A stretch of 64,000 nt of DNA, from NCBI GenBank assembly GCA_036676395.1, contig JAKFCY010000002.1:992001-1056000 (forward strand), written 5' to 3'. Of this stretch, positions 37,923 through 47,588 are shown piece by piece. The stretch is from Bdellovibrio sp. Its GTDB lineage: Bacteria; Bdellovibrionota; Bdellovibrionia; Bdellovibrionales; Bdellovibrionaceae. Numbering within the stretch: the first letter of the stretch is position 1; each line of letters begins with the position of its first letter. The notes beneath the pieces were generated by a model that did no database searches, had not been told where the DNA came from, and was given only the letters and a program-made list of their open reading frames with translations. Made by a program: the position numbers and the translations under genes.

Positions 37923-38963
37923 ATGAAGAGCAGCTATTTACGTGAAATTTACTGTGATCGTTCATATCGGCTTAGCTTAAGTTATATTTTATTAAGCGCC
38001 ATTTACCTGTTCTTAAGCTTGAAATATTCAGTCGTTCTTTTGATCTTAGGGCCTCTGCTTTTGGGGTACCCGCACTTAGTCGCAAGCTATCGCTTCGTGC
38101 AAAAAACAAATTTAGGATGGTCTTTGCGCTTGCAAACAACGGCCGTTTTTCGTTTTTTTATTTTTTTAACGGCAAGTTCATTGTTTATTCGTTTTGCATT
38201 GCCAAAGTTTATAAATGTACCGCAACTACCTTATGGCGTTTGCGAAATCTTATTATCGTTATCTGTTTTGGCTATCGTAAAAATAAAATTAAACTCAATC
38301 TTTGATATATTGGTCGCAGCAATGACTTTAGTGTTAACAGCAGGGGTTTTAAAACTAGCCTGGCATGACCCGCTGGCCTTTGTCGGCATTGCTTTAATTT
38401 TTCATAATTGGGTGGCCTTTGGTCATTGGTTTTTTGCGGCCAAAGATTATAAAAATAGGGCAGTGGCCTTTTCGGCGCTACTGATCTTTGCGCTGATTCA
38501 TTTTGTAGTGCTGTTAGGTTATTTCGATGCGCAGATTTTATTTCCAGAAATTAGTTTTCTTTCTGAACAGTCATTTGGCGTACGCGGTTGGGTCTTAGCG
38601 CCCTGGACATCCGATGAAATGATCTGGAACCGCATCATCGTTTTATACACCTTTGGTTTGTCGGTGCATTATTTTATTTGGTTGCGAGCGATTCCGCAGT
38701 GTTTAGATGAAAAGTCTGTTCCGAATTCATTTCGCAATAGTTTGCGACAGCTGCGTAAAGACTGTGGGCCAAAAACGACAAGTGTGCTTTTACTTGTAGG
38801 AACACTGGTTGGTTTAGCGATGTGGTTTCACACAGCCCTTGCTGGCCGAATCTATTTTGGGATTGCGATGTTGCATGGATGGATCGAGATGGTGTTTTTG
38901 ATGATCGCATTGAGCGCGTATTTTTTGAAATTACTTCTTCGATCTGCGCCACGAACGAATTGA
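37923..38963 (+). CDS. polytopic membrane protein with membrane His residues
   Basis: About 9 TM helices; GYPHL, FHNW, VHY, LHGW.E. Confidence 0.65.
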   Translation: MKSSYLREIYCDRSYRLSLSYILLSAIYLFLSLKYSVVLLILGPLLLGYPHLVASYRFVQKTNLGWSLRLQTTAVFRFFIFLTASSLFIRFALPKFINVPQLPYGVCEILLSLSVLAIVKIKLNSIFDILVAAMTLVLTAGVLKLAWHDPLAFVGIALIFHNWVAFGHWFFAAKDYKNRAVAFSALLIFALIHFVVLLGYFDAQILFPEISFLSEQSFGVRGWVLAPWTSDEMIWNRIIVLYTFGLSVHYFIWLRAIPQCLDEKSVPNSFRNSLRQLRKDCGPKTTSVLLLVGTLVGLAMWFHTALAGRIYFGIAMLHGWIEMVFLMIALSAYFLKLLLRSAPRTN

Positions 38964-39028
38964 GCTGGCTTTTGCAGACCTTTGGCTCTGGATCTTGTAT
39001 ATGTCACACATAAGGCTACCATAAAGAG

Positions 39029-39265
39029 ATGAAAGTCTTTAAATCGCACATCGAAAACACCTCTATTTTTCTTGCTTGTGAAGACTCGTCAGGAAATGTC
39101 TATCAATCAAAGATGCTTATTAGCAGTGAAGCCGAGTACACGGCCTTGTTAGCGCGTTTAAAAATGCGCCCCGATGATAAAGTTATGCTTGATAATAATA
39201 TCACGACAGCAGATATGGTTTATGTTTCGCTTTCACGTCGAATTGCTAGCCGTATTAAGAAATAA
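39029..39265 (+). CDS. small hypothetical protein
   Basis: Open frame filling the gap. Confidence 0.45.
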   Translation: MKVFKSHIENTSIFLACEDSSGNVYQSKMLISSEAEYTALLARLKMRPDDKVMLDNNITTADMVYVSLSRRIASRIKK

Positions 39266-39268
39266 AAA

Positions 39269-41107
39269 TTAAAACCGATCCGGTAATAACTTTTTTAGTC
39301 GATCTAAGAAAGTAAACTTTTCTTTACCCAAGCCGGGTGATGGATGACCATCGACCCGTAATTGAAAAAGAAAATAGGGCGGAATACATGATCCCTTGCC
39401 ACTAGAAGTTCTGGCGCAGATATAATCATCACGGCAAAATTTATCAGAATCACATTCTTGCATCGAGGCCGGTCTAACGTTTTCACTCAAACATTTAGCA
39501 AATGGTATTTTACCAGTAGCTAAACAGCTATTGAATTCATGTAGGATAGCGATAGATCCACAAGTTTCACCAGCTTTTAAGTTTGCACAAGAGCCTGCGC
39601 ACATGCCATTCGGAAAGCCCACAGATGTGTCTTCACAGACTGAATTGCTGCCGCAGAAAGAATCTGTCGACAATTTAAGACTGTCTTTTTTGGGATTCGT
39701 ATTGTGAACCATGCGTGCGGCTGTACACGGTGATCCTGAAATTTTACTTGTCGGAACGCAAATTCCTGTAGGGCTTATCACTTTATCTGCTGTTAAAGAC
39801 TGGCACTCGTAACCTTCACTGCAGGTCCAAGCTGCAAAAGATGGATCACCTAAGCCACAATGACTTCCCATTTTACCTTCGCCAGAAACAGCGCGCACTG
39901 AAAGCGGGCGGCTATGGGGAAGGTTTTCTTTTTTCTGGATGGCTTCAATAAAAAGGCTGCGGCGTTTTTGATCTAACAAAAAATGCGGAGATGAAGATGT
40001 GAAAATAGAATTTACGGCATCAGTCGCAGCTTTATCCTTACCTAAGAAGTGAAACCCGGCAACTGTTCGGCCTTGGTGGCAGCCGATGCAAGACATATCA
40101 TTTAATCGTCGCAGTAATCCCATCGAAGTTTTAAACGAACTATAATCTTTTAATTCTGTTTCAGAAAAATCCTGGGCTTTAAAAAGTTGCGAGAAATTTG
40201 CGTTATGAGTGCGGTGAGTTCCATGCAGGGCTACCGAAGTTGCTTTAGTCGCCAAAAATTTTTCAGGAATTACAACAATCCCGTCATCAATGTTTTTAAG
40301 GTTCTTTTTTTCGGTTAGCCACGTAAGTAGTTCTTGGCGAAGTTTTTTGTCTGCTAAAAGTTTTTTTACATCTGGCGTGTTTTCAAGTGTGCCTAGAGTA
40401 GTTTTTCCATTTTTCGGCGTAAAAACCCGTAACATGTATTCAGCGTATCCTGCCATATCAGGGCGAATCGTTGATGGCCAGCGTACTGACTGCATATTCA
40501 CTTCAATTGATTTTAGTTCGCCTAAAGTAAGACTGTTTTTTGACAGACTAGAAATGTTTCCTTTTTCAGTAAGTGCTACAAACTCGGTCCATTTCTGAAG
40601 TGGGGTGAGACAGCCATCAGAACCATTTGGAATCCAAAAAACTGAATTGATCGTCATAGGTAGGCGTGAATAAGTCGAAGGTTGCGCCAATGTCTTATAA
40701 GATAGGCGATAGATAAAACGAATCTCGCCACAGCTTTCGGGGTGAAACGACAACCGATCCATGCGATTAACGATTCCTACTAGTTCATACGACGCATAAT
40801 TTGAAATTAACCACTGTGAATCAAAAAGGCGGTGTGAACCTTTCATCGAAATGAAGAGTTTGGGGTCTTCTTTTTTAAGGTCTTCGATTTCAGTCCCTAA
40901 ACTTTTTGCGATAAACGCGTAGGAAGGGTTTTTTAAGAGAAGTTCGTTGTTGGCGCGAGGGATAGGTTCATTAAATACAAGACGGGCTATATCAAAACCT
41001 TGTGATTCTAATTGGATAAGAGTTTGAGGATTGTCGATAAAGAGTGTGGCTGCCTGAGCTTGGCAAAAGCTGAAAAAAAATAAAACAAGAGGCAAGTAGA
41101 TTTGCAT
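39269..41107 (-). CDS. secreted protein with CxxCH heme motif and Cys-rich C-terminus
   Basis: Signal peptide; SCIGCH; many C-terminal Cys. Confidence 0.7.
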   Translation of the reverse strand: MQIYLPLVLFFFSFCQAQAATLFIDNPQTLIQLESQGFDIARLVFNEPIPRANNELLLKNPSYAFIAKSLGTEIEDLKKEDPKLFISMKGSHRLFDSQWLISNYASYELVGIVNRMDRLSFHPESCGEIRFIYRLSYKTLAQPSTYSRLPMTINSVFWIPNGSDGCLTPLQKWTEFVALTEKGNISSLSKNSLTLGELKSIEVNMQSVRWPSTIRPDMAGYAEYMLRVFTPKNGKTTLGTLENTPDVKKLLADKKLRQELLTWLTEKKNLKNIDDGIVVIPEKFLATKATSVALHGTHRTHNANFSQLFKAQDFSETELKDYSSFKTSMGLLRRLNDMSCIGCHQGRTVAGFHFLGKDKAATDAVNSIFTSSSPHFLLDQKRRSLFIEAIQKKENLPHSRPLSVRAVSGEGKMGSHCGLGDPSFAAWTCSEGYECQSLTADKVISPTGICVPTSKISGSPCTAARMVHNTNPKKDSLKLSTDSFCGSNSVCEDTSVGFPNGMCAGSCANLKAGETCGSIAILHEFNSCLATGKIPFAKCLSENVRPASMQECDSDKFCRDDYICARTSSGKGSCIPPYFLFQLRVDGHPSPGLGKEKFTFLDRLKKLLPDRF

Positions 41108-41139
41108 AACTCATAGTTGTCTGAATTCATGCTAAAGGC

Positions 41140-41174
41140 AAAAATAAAAAAACCGATTATGTCTAATCGGTTTT
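41140..41174 (-). terminator. intrinsic terminator
   Basis: AAAAAAACCGATTA-TGTC-TAATCGGTTTT. Confidence 0.7.
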
Positions 41175-41209
41175 AAACTTCGCATTTGAGTGCCACTTTG
41201 CAGGAGCAG

Positions 41210-41673
41210 TTATTTACATTGTTTATCGTTAATCAGTAATTCTTTGGGTGCAGATTCTAAGATGAACTCTTGGCTGAAGGTACCAAAAACGAGTTTAGCT
41301 TTTGTTTTGCTAACGTGCGGATCGCACTTAAAAAGAAAATCAATAACACCTTGATCATCCGTGCGTCCTTTGTAATGGCCACTTTTTAACTTGAGTTGCA
41401 TATCTTTCAGCTTTAAAGATTTAGTGCTTCCAAACCCATAATCACATGTGACTTTCATTCGAAGTCTACAGATGCCATTTTTATCGCTATTTTTTCTTAC
41501 AAAAAAGCCATAGTCGTCGTTACCAGGCATAAAATCTTTTTCTTCAGTGGTTCACCGATTCCTACGTTAGGCACAAACACAGGTTTTATTTTTGTGCCCT
41601 TAAGAATAATTCTTTCCTCTTGTGCCTGAGTTTGAATTGATAAAAATATGATTAGAAGTAGGATTAAATGCAT
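41210..41673 (-). pseudogene. frameshifted secreted protein gene
   Basis: Signal-peptide frame MHLILLLIIFLSIQTQAQEE... from 41673 is out of frame with EEKDFMPGNDDYG...; shift near 41545-41555. Confidence 0.6.
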
Positions 41674-41691
41674 ATCAAAATCTTAGGTACT

Positions 41692-42459
41692 TTAGTTTTT
41701 CTTTTTTAATATAAATTTGAAGGTTTGTTCAGTAGGATTTGGTGCTATGTATTTAGCTTCTTCAATAGTTTCATAGCCTTCTTTTTCAACGATAAATGTG
41801 TATTCACTATTTGCATCAAGTCCCTTTTGGCAGGCAGTTTGACCAATATTAATATTAGGATCTTTGATTGAAATAGTTGCGCTAGATGGATCGGATTGAA
41901 AATTCACATGCACTATCACTTTTTCCAAACTGTTTTTGTATTTAGTATAATCAGCAATTGTCGGAGCGCGCTGACTAGCTGTAACGGCATATGCAAGAGA
42001 ATCATGAACGACGCTGCCGATCGCCATGTCAACGCTAGCCATTTTTAACGCGTAATCCATAGAATCTTTTTTGATAGCCGCAGCTAATTTTTTGTCTTTT
42101 ATTTTAGTGTTGATAAATTGTGATTCTAAGATTTTGGCGTACTCGCTTTTGATAAAATTAACTCGCCAATTCTGTAGTATTTTTCTAGCGATGTTATCGT
42201 TGACTAACGTGTTAGGTGTTGATTTTACCCACGAGTGAAAATTTTCACGTGAAGTGGTTTTATATCCTGTAGTTTCAAGAGAGCATATTTCAGCTAGAAA
42301 ACGAGCTCGTGCTGATTCTGAAATTTTTTTCTTTTCGACTTTAATTTCGGCATCAAGAGAATGGTTAATAATTCCGGATGTTTCACAGTTGTTTAGCTGG
42401 GCTTTCGCGAGACTACCAACGGTCAATAGGACTAAAAGATTAAAAATATTTTTATTCAT
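41692..42459 (-). CDS. secreted protein with C-terminal PEGA-like domain
   Basis: Signal peptide; SDPSSATISI...IGQT...VEKEGYE. Confidence 0.65.
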   Translation of the reverse strand: MNKNIFNLLVLLTVGSLAKAQLNNCETSGIINHSLDAEIKVEKKKISESARARFLAEICSLETTGYKTTSRENFHSWVKSTPNTLVNDNIARKILQNWRVNFIKSEYAKILESQFINTKIKDKKLAAAIKKDSMDYALKMASVDMAIGSVVHDSLAYAVTASQRAPTIADYTKYKNSLEKVIVHVNFQSDPSSATISIKDPNINIGQTACQKGLDANSEYTFIVEKEGYETIEEAKYIAPNPTEQTFKFILKKKN

Positions 42460-42961
42460 GATAACTCCAAATATTAAAGATGTAGCCAAGCCCGATTGAA
42501 CATATTGCGCAAAGAAACCTGTAAAATTCTTTAGATAGGTACATTACTGCTACACTGTTTTTTGGTTTTAATGCTATTTGATTTTGACTCATTTGGTTTA
42601 GGACTTCATACATAGATTTATAGCCATAGAAGAACGCGATACTCACGGCGGTTACCCCGAATACAATTGTATATATTGTTAACTCACTTTTCTTTTTTGA
42701 GTTGTGTGTAATCCCGAGAACTGCAAATAATGCTCCAGATAATGTAAGTAAAAAAGTATTTAGTTGTACTATTAAATCTATGGATTTTGAATTGAACTCG
42801 CTGAGGCTTTGAGAAATGTTCGTATAGTTATTAAATTGTGTTTCCCAAAAAAAATATTCATAACCGACAGCTATACAGATAATCAAAAGAGAAACGATTT
42901 TAGTTCTGGTGGTTTTTTCTAAGAATAGGTTTAGTAATGATTTTAGTAAATTAACTTTCAT
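42452..42961 (-). CDS. 4-TM membrane hypothetical protein
   Basis: Hydrophobic helices; overlaps the next gene by 8 nt. Confidence 0.6.
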   Translation of the reverse strand: MKVNLLKSLLNLFLEKTTRTKIVSLLIICIAVGYEYFFWETQFNNYTNISQSLSEFNSKSIDLIVQLNTFLLTLSGALFAVLGITHNSKKKSELTIYTIVFGVTAVSIAFFYGYKSMYEVLNQMSQNQIALKPKNSVAVMYLSKEFYRFLCAICSIGLGYIFNIWSYHE

Positions 42962-43144
42962 TTATAAAATTTAATAAATTCTTAGCTTACTTGTCGAACA
43001 AATTTAAAATAATACGCGACAACTAGACTACTTGTAGATATCTGCTGCCGATCCTTCGAAATAGCTAAGATGAATGTTAGGGATGGTAAGCGAAGTTTTT
43101 TGGTCTCTAGATCTTTATTTTGTCGGTATTAGCGAAACTGTTTG

Positions 43145-43438
43145 TTATTTTGAAGGGGATTTTGGTTTGTGCTCTTTGTTTTGTATCAAATACCAAGCAT
43201 CAGTTCGAAGCCAGCCATAACTGTTTTCAGTTACTTCAGATATTATGAATCGGCCTTTTGTTGCTTTCTCGCGAATTTTTATTGAAATCTCTTCTGCAGA
43301 GTAAGTCGAAATAAGGTAGAACATGTTCGGCAAGTCATATCTCCAAGTGTGTACTTCATCAATCTCATCGATATAATTTCTTATTTCTTCTCTGGTCCCA
43401 ACAGAGTCATTGTATACAAGAAGGTAAGCTTTTTTCAT
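43145..43438 (-). CDS. small ferredoxin/Cas2-fold-like protein
   Basis: AYLLVY...W......FYLIS..SAEEI...IR......FIISEV....GWL...W pattern. Confidence 0.55.
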   Translation of the reverse strand: MKKAYLLVYNDSVGTREEIRNYIDEIDEVHTWRYDLPNMFYLISTYSAEEISIKIREKATKGRFIISEVTENSYGWLRTDAWYLIQNKEHKPKSPSK

Positions 43439-43809
43439 TACTTATCCTCTCTTGAGGTAATAGCAATTGGCTTGGGTATAATATCTAAGATCTCTTCATC
43501 TTTAACAATTAATGGAGAGCTGTCGCCCTTTTGTTCGATAATTTCCAATGATCTTTTCTTAATTTGATAGTCTTCAGATTGTAACTTGTCTCGGTCGAAA
43601 AAAAGCAGAAATATAAAACCGAATATTGCAGCAAGTACAGGGGTAAAAATTAGAAGTATAATCCAAGTGGGTGGTTGGCTAACTACTGATACGACTACTA
43701 ATGCTGGAATCGTAACAATGGCACAAAGCCATAAAATCGGATTTAGAGCACTAGAAACTTTTAAGTTTCCGCCTGCTTCTATTGATTTTGAAGCTATGTT
43801 ATTTTTCAT
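43438..43809 (-). CDS. 2-TM membrane protein
   Basis: LNPILW helix, second helix, then DKLQSEDYQ; TAATG-coupled to the next gene. Confidence 0.7.
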   Translation of the reverse strand: MKNNIASKSIEAGGNLKVSSALNPILWLCAIVTIPALVVVSVVSQPPTWIILLIFTPVLAAIFGFIFLLFFDRDKLQSEDYQIKKRSLEIIEQKGDSSPLIVKDEEILDIIPKPIAITSREDK

Positions 43810-43842
43810 TAAGATATGCTCGCTTGTAGCAGTTAGAAAATT

Positions 43843-43918
43843 TGGCGTTCCCAAGGGGATTTGAACCCCTGTATCCTCCGTGAAAGGGAGGTGTCCTAGG
43901 CCACTAGACGATGGGAAC
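43843..43918 (-). tRNA. tRNA-Glu(TTC)
   Basis: GTTCCCATCGTCTAGTGG...CCTCC CT TTC AC GGAGG...TTCAAAT...GGGAACGCCA. Confidence 0.96.
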
Positions 43919-43950
43919 CCGTTGGACTTCGAAAAAAACTACCATAAAAA

Positions 43951-44026
43951 TGGTGGCTCGCGATGGATTCGAACCATCGACCCCTTCATTAAAAGTGAAG
44001 TGCTCTACCAGCTGAGCTAGCGAACC
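43951..44026 (-). tRNA. tRNA-Lys(TTT)
   Basis: GGTTCGCTAGCTCAGCTGG...CTTCA CT TTT AA TGAAG...TTCGAAT...ACCA. Confidence 0.96.
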
Positions 44027-44115
44027 GTTTAATCGAGTCGTCAATTTCATATAACTTCTCGGGGCAGTCAAACTTTTTTTATAAAAAGTTTTTGATGCCC
44101 AATTCAAGGTCAGAA

Positions 44116-45414
44116 TTAGTCTTTATAGAGTGGTTTTACCCATAAAGTTTGCTCTCTATCTGGGCCAACTGAAATAATATCGATCGGAGTGCCCAATTGG
44201 CTCTGTACGTAATTGATATAAGCAGTCGCTTTGACCGGTAAATCCTGAAGGGTTTTTACCTTTGTAAGATCTTCCTTCCAACCTGGGATGTATTCGATCA
44301 CAGGCTCAAGCTGAGCAACTAATTCAGTCGATGTTGGGAACTCGTGAATGATCTCGCCATTCAGTTTATAGGCTGTTACAACGCCGACTTTATCAAGGCA
44401 TGAAAGAACATCTAATTTCATCATCGCAAGGCTATTAATGCCGTTTAAACGGATCGCATACTTAAGGGCTACTAGATCTAACCAACCGCAACGACGCGCG
44501 CGTCCTGTAGTTGAACCGAATTCGTGACCTTCTTTTTGAATTTGTGCCCCAACGTCGTCTTTTAACTCAGACGGGAACGGGCCGCTGCCAACGCGTGTGC
44601 AATAAGCTTTAAACACACCTACGATTTTAGATAAGTGATGAGGGCCAAGGCCCGCAGACACTGAACCAGAACCAGCTAAAGTGCTAGAGCTTGTCACATA
44701 CGGGTATGTGCCGTGGTTGATATCTAAAAGTGTACCTTGTGCACCTTCGAATAATAATTTTTTATTCAATTTTAGCTTTTGTGAAACGAATAATGACACA
44801 TCTGTTAAACGGTAAGGGCGTAATTCTTCAATCACTGGCTTAATTTGCTCTAAGATCTCTTTTGCCGATAATTCAGGAGCATCATAAAGATTTTTAAGAA
44901 GAACGTTTTTTTCTTTGATCGCAAATTCGATTTTTTCTAATAGGTCTTTAGAATCAAAAAGATCAGACATAATTAAGGCTCTACGAGACGCACGGTCTTC
45001 GTAAGCCGGGCCAATGCCTTTGCCAGTGGTGCCGATTTTACCTGCTTCTAAGGCTTTTTCGCGCGCTTGATCTAAAGCCTTGTGATACGGAAGCAACACA
45101 GTCGCATTATCTGCAATTAATAATTGCGCGTTTGTAAGCGGAAGACCCGTTAATTTTAGTTTTCTGATTTCTTCAGCTAAACCTAAAATATCGATCACAA
45201 CACCAGAGGCAATCACGCAGGTTTTATCTGAATGTAGAATTCCTGATGGAATTAAATGTAGAACTGTTTTTTGGCCATTCACAACTAATGTGTGGCCGGC
45301 GTTTGATCCGCCTTGAAAACGTACAACTGTATCTGCATGTGATGCAAAAACGTCGACTAATTTACCTTTACCTTCATCGCCCCACTGAGCCCCAATAACA
45401 ACAACTGCTGACAT
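44116..45414 (-). CDS. purA: adenylosuccinate synthetase
   Basis: QWGDEGKG, NAGHT, GIGPAYED, EGAQG, GTYPYVTSS. Confidence 0.98.
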   Translation of the reverse strand: MSAVVVIGAQWGDEGKGKLVDVFASHADTVVRFQGGSNAGHTLVVNGQKTVLHLIPSGILHSDKTCVIASGVVIDILGLAEEIRKLKLTGLPLTNAQLLIADNATVLLPYHKALDQAREKALEAGKIGTTGKGIGPAYEDRASRRALIMSDLFDSKDLLEKIEFAIKEKNVLLKNLYDAPELSAKEILEQIKPVIEELRPYRLTDVSLFVSQKLKLNKKLLFEGAQGTLLDINHGTYPYVTSSSTLAGSGSVSAGLGPHHLSKIVGVFKAYCTRVGSGPFPSELKDDVGAQIQKEGHEFGSTTGRARRCGWLDLVALKYAIRLNGINSLAMMKLDVLSCLDKVGVVTAYKLNGEIIHEFPTSTELVAQLEPVIEYIPGWKEDLTKVKTLQDLPVKATAYINYVQSQLGTPIDIISVGPDREQTLWVKPLYKD

Positions 45415-45429
45415 AATCTTATTTTTCCT

Positions 45430-46410
45430 TTAGTCATTAAACATCATACTGCCCCAATTATTCTGAAACGGGAGAGTATTTTGAGTTTTATTCGTTTTTA
45501 AAAAATCTATACATAAATTTGTAGCTTCCAGCGAAGCTTTCGCGAAAGCCTGTTCAGTCATAGCACCAATATGCTGAGTTAAAACCACTTTTTGTGATTT
45601 TAGTAATTTTGATTCACGTGAAAGCGGTTCTTTGGCAAAGACATCAAGGCCGCACATGCGCACAACACCTTCATCAAGGGCATCAACCAGGTCATCTTCG
45701 TTGATCACCGAGCCGCGAGACGTGTTAATCAACACCACATCTTTATTGGTGTATTCAAAATGTGAGCGGTTCATCATGTTTTTAGTCTCTTTAGTCAGAG
45801 GCACATGAAAAGAAATAATATCTGATTGTTTTAATAATTCTTCGTAAGATGAACGTTCTAATTTTAAAGTCTCGAACACTTCATCTTCTTGGTACGGATC
45901 AAAAGCCACAACATTCATAGCGAACGCTTTGGCAAAGCCTGCAATTTTTTGCCCGATACGGCCAAGACCAACAATACCGATGGTTTTACCGGCTAATTCA
46001 AAACCAGCAGGTAATTTTTCGCGATCCCATGTTCCGGCTTTGATTTGTTTATGTGATTCTTGGATCGGGCGGTGAGTGTTTAAAATTAAACCCCACGTAA
46101 GTTCTGCTGCAGATTGGGCGTTCGCATTTGGCGTGTACATCACCTGAATGTTTTTTTCTTGGGTAGCTTGTAGATCAATATGATCAAAGCCACTTGTGCA
46201 AGTGATGATTAGTTTTAAATTCGGAGCCGAAGCTATAAGTTCGCGGGTAATTTTTGTTTTACTGCGAATAATCAGGCCTGTGGCTTTTGCTAAGTGGTCA
46301 GCTAATTCATCTATACTGGTTAGTTTAACAACATCAGCAAGGTTAGAACTTTTTAAAGTCACTAGTGCTTCGGTCGAGAATTTTTCGCTGATAACGATGT
46401 ATGGTTTCAC
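45430..46410 (-). CDS. serA: D-3-phosphoglycerate dehydrogenase-like, no ACT domain
   Basis: GLGRIG, HVPLT, NTSRG, DVF..EP, HIGA; GTGA-coupled start. Confidence 0.7.
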   Translation of the reverse strand: MKPYIVISEKFSTEALVTLKSSNLADVVKLTSIDELADHLAKATGLIIRSKTKITRELIASAPNLKLIITCTSGFDHIDLQATQEKNIQVMYTPNANAQSAAELTWGLILNTHRPIQESHKQIKAGTWDREKLPAGFELAGKTIGIVGLGRIGQKIAGFAKAFAMNVVAFDPYQEDEVFETLKLERSSYEELLKQSDIISFHVPLTKETKNMMNRSHFEYTNKDVVLINTSRGSVINEDDLVDALDEGVVRMCGLDVFAKEPLSRESKLLKSQKVVLTQHIGAMTEQAFAKASLEATNLCIDFLKTNKTQNTLPFQNNWGSMMFND

Positions 46411-47558
46411 AGATTTTCCTTTAACCATAATAGCGAAGCATCGCGTACAGTTTGTAAGTCTAGACTCATTCCGAAATCATTTAACCCTGCGGCTAAACGT
46501 TCAGTGGTCTGGTGCAGATCTTGGTCAGTGATATAACCCATGTGACCTAGGCGAATGATTTTACCTTTTAATTGGTCTTGTCCGCCCATCACAGTGACGT
46601 TGTAAGCTTTTTCTAAGTGTTCACGAAATTTTGCGCCATCAAAACCTGTGGGTAGGGTTAACGCGGTCACCGAATCACTCGGAGCTTTTGAATACACTTC
46701 AAGGTTTAAAGTTTTAGTCATCGTGCGTGTGTAATCTGCACGACGTTTAATAGTTTTATATAAACCTTCTAAGCCTTGTGTTTTGATATCTTTTAACACG
46801 AAAGCTAAGGCTCTGATTAACGTAACATTAGAAGAGAAAAATGTTTCACCTTTGTCATTTGCAACTAACTCGCGGCGAACATCAAAATAATATCTTGGTG
46901 TAGGGTTAGCTTTAATTACTTGCCACGCTTTTTGCGAGAATGAAATTAAGCTTAATCCTGTGGGTAACATAATCGCTTTTTGGCTGCCAGCAACTAAACC
47001 ATCAATCTGCCATTGATCCATCGGTAGCGGCATTGCACCTAAAGCTGTGATCGCATCGACTAAAAACAACGCTTTCGTTTTTGCGACGATGTTTGCTAGT
47101 TCCTGAATCGGGTGAACGCTCGCCGTACTTGTTTCACAAGCTTGCGTCATTACGATTTCAGTATCTGGATTTTCATCTAAGAATTTTTTAACATCATTTG
47201 GATTAACGGCAGAACCCCATGGCACATTTAGTTTGTGAACTTTGGCGCCAAACACTTCAGCCATCTCGGCCCAGCGTTCGCCGAATTTTCCAGAGATAAT
47301 CGCTAAGACTTTACTTTGTGGTTTAATCACATTGATGAGTAAAGCTTCCATGCCGCCAGAGCCCGTGCTTGTTAAAATAAAAACTTTTTCGTTTGTAACA
47401 AATAAGGTTTTCAAATCAGCGAGTACAGATTTTAAAATTTGATCGAACTCGGGTGTGCGGTGATGGATCATCGGTAACGATAATATTTTTTGGACTTCCG
47501 GATGCAGTTGTACGGGACCCGGTGCTAAAAGTAAGGATTTCGATGTATCAATTGACAT
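46407..47558 (-). CDS. class V aminotransferase (AGAT / serine-pyruvate family)
   Basis: PGP, HHR, ETST, VDA, GSQK (PLP Lys), RLGHMG. Confidence 0.9.
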   Translation of the reverse strand: MSIDTSKSLLLAPGPVQLHPEVQKILSLPMIHHRTPEFDQILKSVLADLKTLFVTNEKVFILTSTGSGGMEALLINVIKPQSKVLAIISGKFGERWAEMAEVFGAKVHKLNVPWGSAVNPNDVKKFLDENPDTEIVMTQACETSTASVHPIQELANIVAKTKALFLVDAITALGAMPLPMDQWQIDGLVAGSQKAIMLPTGLSLISFSQKAWQVIKANPTPRYYFDVRRELVANDKGETFFSSNVTLIRALAFVLKDIKTQGLEGLYKTIKRRADYTRTMTKTLNLEVYSKAPSDSVTALTLPTGFDGAKFREHLEKAYNVTVMGGQDQLKGKIIRLGHMGYITDQDLHQTTERLAAGLNDFGMSLDLQTVRDASLLWLKENL

Positions 47559-47588
47559 TTTCGGCCTTTCCGCGGTTTGATTACAACA

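Noticed and set aside
43586..44107. ORFs 43586..43864 and 43904..44107
   Set aside because: Overlap tRNA genes or lie antisense to a real gene.
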